Positions 57,378 to 64,000 of a DNA stretch of 64,000 nucleotides are shown one piece after another (position 1 is the stretch's first letter; each line of letters opens with the position of its first letter). The stretch is from Blastocatellia bacterium (GTDB lineage: Bacteria; Acidobacteriota; Blastocatellia; UBA7656), in NCBI GenBank assembly GCA_963765495.1, contig CAVXWP010000005.1:32001-96000 (forward strand). Direction: 5' to 3'. Position numbers and translations under genes: made by a program. The notes under the pieces were generated by a model, which did no database searches, had not been told where the DNA came from, and was given only the letters and a program-made list of their open reading frames with translations.

Positions 57378-60300
57378 TAGCTGTCTGCTGCCTGGGCGTG
57401 ATATTCCTGAAGGCTTTTGACTTCCATCTGCTCGTCCTTTAATGCGCGGATCGCTTCGACCGTTGCCGTAGCCCCGGTCATAGTGGTTACGCAAGGGACC
57501 GTGTACTGCATTGCGGCGCGGCGAATCGCGCGTTCATCGTAAAACGACGAGCGACCGAGCGGCGTGTTGATGATCAAATCTATTTGCCGACTCTTAACCA
57601 GATCAGAGACGTTTGGACGCCCTTCATTCACCTTGTAAACAAAGCCGCAAGGGATGGCTTCCCTTTCGATGATTCTCTGTGTGCCGCGAGTGGCGATCAA
57701 TTTGAATCCCATCTCGTGAAGGTCTCTGGCCAGTTTTGCTACTTCGCGCTTGTCCTGATCGTTCACGCTGATAAAGACCGAGCCCCCGCGCGGCAGCCTC
57801 GTGCCCGCGCCCAGTTGCGCCTTGAGATATGCGCCGCCGAAGCTCTCGGCTATTCCCATTACCTCGCCTGTAGAGCGCATCTCAGGCCCGAGTATCGGAT
57901 CAACGCCCGGAAACTTTACAAACGGAAAGACCGGCGTCTTGATATAAAACCGATCCACTTTAAGCTCATCGGGCAGATCAAACTCCGCCAGTTGCTTGCC
58001 CACCATCAACCGCGCTGCGATCTTGGCAAGCGGCACGCCCGTGGCTTTTGAAACGAAGGGAACGGTCCGCGATGCGCGCGGGTTGACTTCCAGCACGTAA
58101 ACCGTGTCGCCTGAAACCGCGAACTGAATGTTCATCAGCCCCACGACTTCGAGCCTCAAGGCAAGCTCTCGCGTATATGCGCGCATCCGGTCGAGATGGT
58201 CTTTCTTTATCCCGTAAGGCGGAAGCACGCACGAAGAATCGCCCGAATGTATGCCCGCCTCTTCGATGTGTTGCTGAATTCCTGCGATCACTACGCGACA
58301 ACCGTCGGCCAGCGCGTCAACGTCTATCTCGTATGCGTATTCGAGAAACGAATCAATCAGGATGGGATGAGCGGGCGAGGCCTCAACCGCATAAGTCATG
58401 TAAGAATCGAGGCTCGCTTCATCATAGACGATCTGCATGGCCCGACCGCCCAGCACATAACTCGGACGCACAAGCACGGGATAGCCTATCTCGATTGCCA
58501 CTTCTCGCGCTTCTTCATTTGACGTGGCCGTGCCGTTGGGTGGCTGCGGGATGCCCAGTTCCGAGAGCAGCTTTCCAAATCGCTTTCGGTCTTCGGCCAG
58601 ATCGATTGATTCGGGCGAGGTGCCGATTATGGGGACCCCGGCTTCGAGCAGTCGCATCGCAAGGTTGAGCGGCGTCTGCCCGCCAAACTGCACTATCACA
58701 CCCTCGGGGCGCTCGCGCTCGATTATCTCCATCACATCTTCAAACGTGATAGGCTCGAAGTAAAGCCGGTCGCTTGTGTCGTAGTCGGTCGAGACCGTTT
58801 CAGGGTTGCAGTTGACCATGATCGTCTCAAAACCGTCTTCTTTCAGCGCAAACGCGGCGTGGCAACAGCAGTAATCGAACTCGATGCCCTGGCCTATGCG
58901 ATTGGGGCCCGAACCGAGAATGATAATCTTTCTGCGGTCTGAGGTATCGGCTTCGTCTTCGGCTTCGTAGGTCGAGTAAAGATATGGAGTGAAGGATTCA
59001 AACTCCGCGCCACAGGTATCGACTCGTTTGAAAACGGGGCGCACTCCCCTCTCGATCCTCGCGCGGCGAACCTCGTCTTCGGTCACCTTGAGCAGCGAGG
59101 CGAGTCGTTCATCGGAAAAACCCGTGCGTTTGGCCCGGCGCAACTCAGCGTTCGAAATAGTTTCAAGGCTTTCGGTTGAAATCTCGCGCTCGCGCTCGAT
59201 GATCTCGCTCAGATTGTCGAGAAACCAGGGGTCAATCTTTGTCAACTCGTGAAGTTCTTCTGTGGAATAACCAAGCGAAAGCGCGTGCATAATGAAATGG
59301 ACGCGCTCGGCCGAAGGCACGACGAGCCTGCGCCTGAGTTCCGTGTCGTCCAGATCATCCGGCATGCGGTAAGCTCCGCGAGTCTCAAGCGAGCGCAATC
59401 CCTTCAAAAATGCTTCTTTGAAATTGCTGCCGATTGCCATCGCTTCGCCTACGGATTTCATCTGTGTGCCGAGCGTAGGGTCTGAGGCGGGAAATTTCTC
59501 AAATGCCCACTTGGGAATTTTTACCACACAGTAATCAATAGTCGGTTCAAAGCTGGCAGGCGTTTTGCGCGTGATGTCGTTTGGTATTTCATCGAGCGTA
59601 TAACCTACGGCGAGTTTGGCGGCGATCTTGGCAATCGGAAAGCCAGTGGCTTTTGAGGCGAGCGCCGACGAGCGCGACACGCGCGGATTCATCTCGATTA
59701 TGATCAACTGCCCGTCGCGGGGGTTGAGCGCAAACTGAATATTCGAGCCGCCCGTTTCGACTCCGACTTTGCGAATGACCTGAATCGCGGCATCGCGCAT
59801 CATCTGGTATTCGCGGTCGGAGAGCGTCTGCGTCGGAGCTATGGTTATGGAATCGCCCGTATGCACGCCCATCGGATCGAAGTTTTCAATCGAACAGATG
59901 ATGACCACGTTATCGGCCAGATCGCGCATCACTTCAAGTTCGTATTCCTTCCACCCTATGATGGATTGCTCGATAAGCGTCTCGTGCATCGGCGAGGCGT
60001 CGAGCGCGCGGGCGACTATCTCTTCGTACTCTTCGGCGTTAAAGGCAATGCCGCCGCCCGTGCCGCCAAGCGTAAACGAGGGCCGTATGATCGCGGGATA
60101 CCCGACCATATCTATAAGCTCGCGGGCGGCTTCAAGCGATTTGACGATGCCGGACCTTGGCATGGCCAGCCCTATTTCTTCCATCGCCTGTTTGAAGAGC
60201 AGCCGGTCTTCGGCCACTTTGATCGCGTCGAGTTTTGCGCCTATCAGTTGCACCCCGAATCGCTCAAGCGTGCCGTCTTCGGCAAGGGCCACGGCTATGT

Positions 60301-60589
60301 TGAGCGCGGTCTGCCCTCCGACTGTGGGCAGAAGCGCGTCGGGGCGCTCGCGTTCGATGCAGGCGCGAACCGCGTCAGGCGTAAGCGGCTCGATATATGT
60401 GCGGTCGGCGGTTTCCGGGTCGGTCATTATAGTGGCGGGATTCGAATTTATCAGGACTACTTCAAACCCTTCGCTGCGAAGCGCCTTGCAGGCCTGCGTC
60501 CCGGAATAGTCAAATTCGCAGGCCTGGCCTATGACTATAGGCCCGGAACCTACGACGAGTATTTTGTGTAGATCGGTTCTTTTCGGCAT
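57377..60589 (-). CDS. carB: Carbamoyl-phosphate synthase large subunit
   Basis: [23 protein letters not shown], duplicated ATP-grasp domains, MGS domain. Confidence 0.98.
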   Translation of the reverse strand: MPKRTDLHKILVVGSGPIVIGQACEFDYSGTQACKALRSEGFEVVLINSNPATIMTDPETADRTYIEPLTPDAVRACIERERPDALLPTVGGQTALNIAVALAEDGTLERFGVQLIGAKLDAIKVAEDRLLFKQAMEEIGLAMPRSGIVKSLEAARELIDMVGYPAIIRPSFTLGGTGGGIAFNAEEYEEIVARALDASPMHETLIEQSIIGWKEYELEVMRDLADNVVIICSIENFDPMGVHTGDSITIAPTQTLSDREYQMMRDAAIQVIRKVGVETGGSNIQFALNPRDGQLIIIEMNPRVSRSSALASKATGFPIAKIAAKLAVGYTLDEIPNDITRKTPASFEPTIDYCVVKIPKWAFEKFPASDPTLGTQMKSVGEAMAIGSNFKEAFLKGLRSLETRGAYRMPDDLDDTELRRRLVVPSAERVHFIMHALSLGYSTEELHELTKIDPWFLDNLSEIIEREREISTESLETISNAELRRAKRTGFSDERLASLLKVTEDEVRRARIERGVRPVFKRVDTCGAEFESFTPYLYSTYEAEDEADTSDRRKIIILGSGPNRIGQGIEFDYCCCHAAFALKEDGFETIMVNCNPETVSTDYDTSDRLYFEPITFEDVMEIIERERPEGVIVQFGGQTPLNLAMRLLEAGVPIIGTSPESIDLAEDRKRFGKLLSELGIPQPPNGTATSNEEAREVAIEIGYPVLVRPSYVLGGRAMQIVYDEASLDSYMTYAVEASPAHPILIDSFLEYAYEIDVDALADGCRVVIAGIQQHIEEAGIHSGDSSCVLPPYGIKKDHLDRMRAYTRELALRLEVVGLMNIQFAVSGDTVYVLEVNPRASRTVPFVSKATGVPLAKIAARLMVGKQLAEFDLPDELKVDRFYIKTPVFPFVKFPGVDPILGPEMRSTGEVMGIAESFGGAYLKAQLGAGTRLPRGGSVFISVNDQDKREVAKLARDLHEMGFKLIATRGTQRIIEREAIPCGFVYKVNEGRPNVSDLVKSRQIDLIINTPLGRSSFYDERAIRRAAMQYTVPCVTTMTGATATVEAIRALKDEQMEVKSLQEYHAQAADS

Positions 60590-60595
60590 CTGTTC

Positions 60596-61153
60596 TTAGC
60601 TGGTCTGTTTTGATTTTCTCTCAACCGGCGTTCTGTAATCGCGCTCATCGAGATGTCGCGTTGTCTGTTCGGTGACGCTCGCAGGCATATCAACGGGGCC
60701 GGTATTGTATTCTCCCGAAGGAGGTGTGAACTGCGCGGGCGGGGGTGGAATGAAATTCTGCCCGGGCGCACGAGGCATATTGTTTTGCGGCAGGTTGTAG
60801 CCGAGCGCCTTCATTTCGCCGCTTGCGCTCAGCCAGCCACTCAAACCCTTTCCAAGTACGATAGTGCCCCAGCAGAATAACCAGAATACTATGAAGAAAG
60901 CGGCCACGCCGGGCAAACCCACGCTTGCGAGCAGCGCCATCAAAAACGCGCCGCTTATGATGAGCGTGCTGCCGAGAATAAAACTTCGGCGGCCCTTGTA
61001 ATAATCTTTCAAAAGGCGGCGTTGCTCGTCGTCAACCACGGCCCCGCTGAGTTTGCCCGTCAGCGCATCGGTGACGATAGCGAGATTGGTCCCGCAACGC
61101 GTGCAGAATTTCGTTCCCGCCGGATTGCCTGAGCCACAATTTGGACAGTACAT
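60596..61153 (-). CDS. Zinc-ribbon membrane protein
   Basis: MYCPNCG..FCTRCG, two TM helices, Pro-rich tail ending SVTEQTTRHL. Confidence 0.8.
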   Translation of the reverse strand: MYCPNCGSGNPAGTKFCTRCGTNLAIVTDALTGKLSGAVVDDEQRRLLKDYYKGRRSFILGSTLIISGAFLMALLASVGLPGVAAFFIVFWLFCWGTIVLGKGLSGWLSASGEMKALGYNLPQNNMPRAPGQNFIPPPPAQFTPPSGEYNTGPVDMPASVTEQTTRHLDERDYRTPVERKSKQTS

Positions 61154-61232
61154 AATATCTCCCGAACCTCGTGACGCCGCGCCTGCTGACCAACCAGTGA
61201 TTTTACCGATTGCCTTCCAGCCTTTCAAATTG

Positions 61233-61360
61233 GGGGCCGGGGGTCGAGGGGCCGGGATCAGATCAGAATCAGTAAAGCGTCTGATTCATCAGGTTTGCTC
61301 GCCCTGGCGAGCAATAGGGGATCAGTCGAAATCTATCAATTTTGTCTGATCCCCGGCCCC
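61233..61360. repeat. Heptamer inverted-repeat element (GGGGCCG/CGGCCCC)
   Basis: ggggccgggatcaga (61248-61262) pairs with tctgatccccggcccc (61345-61360), abutting the permease stop. Confidence 0.75.
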
Positions 61361-62439
61361 TATTCGTAGCTCAATGCCTGCACAGGGTCCTGATTGGCGG
61401 CGCGCAGTGCCGGATAGAGCGCGCCGAGCGCGCCCGAAAGCAACCCGAGCACAAGCGTGTAAAAAAACCATGTCGGTTCCAGATCGACCGGAATGGTTGT
61501 GAGTCGCTGGATCACATACTTGCCGATAAAAGAGAGCCCAAACCCTACGACCACGCCGAGCAGACTTATCAGCAGCGACTCTTTTTCTATCTCGCCCGCT
61601 ATCCACATCCTCGATGCGCCCAGGCTTTTCAGTACGCCTATCTGGCGGGTGCGCTCGGTCACGGTCGTATACATCGCAAGCAACACGACAAGCGCAGAGA
61701 CGATGATCGAAAGCACCATCACCACTTTTAAAAAGGACTGCATCGCGGGTGTCCCACGCGCATAAAGCAGGGGTAGATCGCGCGTGAGAAGAAGGCTGTT
61801 TTCCGGGAATCGCTCTTTGATGCGCAAGGCAATCTCTTCCTGTCGGGCAGGGTCAAAGACCTTCACCAGTATGATCGAGCTTAAATTGGGCCGGTTCAAA
61901 CTCTCCTGCAAAGTCGAGAGCGGGAGCTTGACCCGCCCGAGCGATTCCGGCTCGTAGATGCCGACTACGTGAAAGGGGCGATCAAAGATTTGCAGGGTGT
62001 CTCCGACCTTCAGATGTCGGCTCTGTTGAAAGACGCGATCCACAATCGCCTCATCGCCCGTCGTGAGCGGGCGGCCTTCGACCACGCGCACTCCCGACAC
62101 TTGCGTGAAAGCGTCGTAATCAACCCCGTCAATAACGCGCCCTTCGTATAACAACTGGCCTACGGGAACGGCTGCCTGAACGCCTTCCATCGAGCCGATA
62201 GTCTGGGCAGTGCTGGCAGGGATCGTGAGCGTAGAGGCGATTTGCAGGCTGAATTCGCCCGCCTGACGCACCCATATCTCGGCGGTCACAGCGGAATTGC
62301 GGCGGCCCTGTTCGTTCAGGAATCCGTGCACAAGCCCCACGGTCAACACTACGAGCAATACGCCGAGCGCGACGCCGGCCACCGTGGTCAGCGTGCGCGT
62401 CTTGCGGTACAAGATATTTGATAAAACCAGATTATCCAT
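61360..62439 (-). CDS. ABC transporter permease, MacB/FtsX family
   Basis: RTLTTVAGVALGV, ERTRQIGVLKSLGAS, YPALRAA..DPVQALSYE; AGGAG + ATG 62439. Confidence 0.92.
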   Translation of the reverse strand: MDNLVLSNILYRKTRTLTTVAGVALGVLLVVLTVGLVHGFLNEQGRRNSAVTAEIWVRQAGEFSLQIASTLTIPASTAQTIGSMEGVQAAVPVGQLLYEGRVIDGVDYDAFTQVSGVRVVEGRPLTTGDEAIVDRVFQQSRHLKVGDTLQIFDRPFHVVGIYEPESLGRVKLPLSTLQESLNRPNLSSIILVKVFDPARQEEIALRIKERFPENSLLLTRDLPLLYARGTPAMQSFLKVVMVLSIIVSALVVLLAMYTTVTERTRQIGVLKSLGASRMWIAGEIEKESLLISLLGVVVGFGLSFIGKYVIQRLTTIPVDLEPTWFFYTLVLGLLSGALGALYPALRAANQDPVQALSYE

Positions 62440-62499
62440 TCTCTCCTGAATTCTGACGGATGAATCGTTGGTCGCGCTGGAACTTGATCTCTTTCGCGC

Positions 62500-62535
62500 T
62501 TTCAGATCTAAAATCTGAAATTTCAAATCTCAGAT
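62500..62535. repeat. Heptamer array (TTTCAGA/TCTGAAA-type) x5
   Basis: tttcaga tctaaaa tctgaaa tttcaaa tctcaga in register. Confidence 0.75.
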
Positions 62536-62637
62536 GCATTCAATAAACATCAATAATTGATTTTCCCTGACTGCCGGGAACTTAACAAGCTCTTCGAGCC
62601 ATTACCGGCTGGCTCCACCGATAAATTGCCCGGTCGC

Positions 62638-63153
62638 CTACTTCTTAGCCCCGTACTTATCGCGGTGTTGCCAGCAGTAACCGCCGCCTCGCACCTTGCG
62701 GCGGCATGGTTTGCCGGATTTTGTAGCCGCTCCGCAAAGCGTTTCAACCGACTCAGGCGAAGCCGAAGGCTGGTCCTTGATCTGCGCGGGCGCGCGAGTG
62801 TCGCCAGTCTGAGCGTTATCGTCTTTATAAGCTTGCCCCGGAGCGGATTGCGGATCGATGAGTGTGCCCATCAGATAAAAGGGTCGGGCAGGTGCGCTCA
62901 AGCGACCGATTGAGTATCCGGCGACTGCGGCAAGCAAAAGCGCCGCGATAAACAGGACGCGCCCGCGATTGACTGCGGGTGAGCAACGGACGCAAAAAGA
63001 CCGGAAAGGCAGATAAGGAGGGCGTTTTTCTTTTACGGGTTCTCCGCAGTCAGAGCAGAATCTGGTTGCCACCATCAATTTTTGCTCCGGGATATTTATG
63101 CCCAGGGACATGCCCTTGAGTTTCAGCAAGGACTTGATTCTCAGCCAGAGCAT
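62638..63153 (-). CDS. Membrane protein with N-terminal CxxC..CxxC ribbon and C-terminal C-x9-C-x8-CxxH zinc motif
   Basis: FCSDCG..FCVRC, one TM helix, CGAATKSGKPCRRKVRGGGYCWQH; start uncertain. Confidence 0.7.
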   Translation of the reverse strand: MLWLRIKSLLKLKGMSLGINIPEQKLMVATRFCSDCGEPVKEKRPPYLPFRSFCVRCSPAVNRGRVLFIAALLLAAVAGYSIGRLSAPARPFYLMGTLIDPQSAPGQAYKDDNAQTGDTRAPAQIKDQPSASPESVETLCGAATKSGKPCRRKVRGGGYCWQHRDKYGAKK

Positions 63154-63394
63154 AGCCCGCTCACCCTTATAAATCAAATCTGGATTGAGGATGAACCGGC
63201 AATTCACGGAAAGAATAAAGACGGCTTTGGGCGCGAAGCCTAATTTGCCCGCTCGCATTCTAAGGTGATAGTATGATTTGGCTGTCAGTCATATTTGCGG
63301 CTTAAATAAGGATGTGGTGCGCGACTCGCCAGATGAATTGAATTTCTGCGCGATTTAATCTCAACAGCTAAATCAGGCAAAGGGACTAATACTA

Positions 63395-64000
63395 ATGATT
63401 CAAGACAAGCAGAGCGGTCGGGCTCTTCACGTATTCAATAACGCAATTCCTCAACAGTCCAAAGGCCCGGACCCCTCCGAACAGAAAAAAGGGCGTGTGC
63501 TCCATGTCTTCAACAATATACTTTCCGAGCCTGACCGAGACCCCGATCTTCCACCCGAAATACCATCGCGCCGATGGATGTACAAACAGATGTTTCTGTC
63601 GGTCTCAAAGAAGATAATTCGAGCGCCTTTTTCTCTTCATACGTGGGGAGCACTGCGCAGACACGTGCTTGCGACCTGCCTGCCGGATAATCTGGCATAT
63701 CGTTACAAGGCTTATCAGCGGGGCGAATGCAATCGTTGCGGACTATGCTGCAAGATTCAATTCCAATGTCCCTTCTTTATTGACGAAGGCGCTTACAATA
63801 CGCGCTGTTCGATCTACACCACGCCGCACGCGCCTTCGGCCTGTCTCAAGTTTCCGCTCGATCCGACGGACCTCAAATTATTACAACGCGAGATCGGTCA
63901 CGCCTGCACTTTTTATTATGAAGGCGCGCCGCAGAAACTCACACTCCTCGACTTCATAAAACTCTACACTCAGGGCATGCGCGAACAGTTCGCAAAGCGA
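63395..64000 (+). CDS. YkgJ-like cysteine-cluster (CxxCxxCC) protein, runs off the window end
   Basis: Hand translation from ATG 63395 is open for 202 codons: ...GECNRCGLCCK..CPFF..RCSIY..PSACLKFP. Confidence 0.8.
   Translation, partial: MIQDKQSGRALHVFNNAIPQQSKGPDPSEQKKGRVLHVFNNILSEPDRDPDLPPEIPSRRWMYKQMFLSVSKKIIRAPFSLHTWGALRRHVLATCLPDNLAYRYKAYQRGECNRCGLCCKIQFQCPFFIDEGAYNTRCSIYTTPHAPSACLKFPLDPTDLKLLQREIGHACTFYYEGAPQKLTLLDFIKLYTQGMREQFAKR

Noticed and set aside
57377-60589. carB without adjacent carA
   Set aside because: Separation of carA and carB is common; not evidence of anything unusual.

Overview
Bacterial chromosomal window, probably from an Acidobacteriota (Blastocatellia-like) genome; this is inferred from gene content and style, not from a marker gene. 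The backbone carries an oppABCDF-type peptide ABC transporter, M28 and S9 peptidases, a TonB-dependent receptor preceded by a RAPP-motif (DUF2946/CruR-like) leader gene, a NamZ/SSS/SIS amino-sugar cluster, smc, a di-heme oxidoreductase, a radical SAM protein and carB. An accessory block (~25.7-41.8 kb) holds a frameshifted M36 peptidase, a deleted multiheme-cytochrome/TPR gene and a four-gene toxin locus with no PAAR or VgrG gene. That locus encodes a YD/IPT protein with six 19-aa SPxVSV repeats, a polyglycine-rich protein, a 2428-aa NHL-IPT-RHS protein with a hydrophobic plus HNH-like C-terminus, and an Imm33-like immunity protein. The window is also peppered with about 13 period-7 tandem-repeat elements and one period-8 element. 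Their unit sequences differ, most form inverted pairs, many abut stop codons, and three sit in frame inside smc and the NamZ fusion. Small genes absent from or mis-started in the ORF track (DUF3309, a leaderless zinc ribbon, a YkgJ-like ORF at the edge) and two sigma54 promoters were found by hand. No rRNA, tRNA, CRISPR array or transposase was seen.
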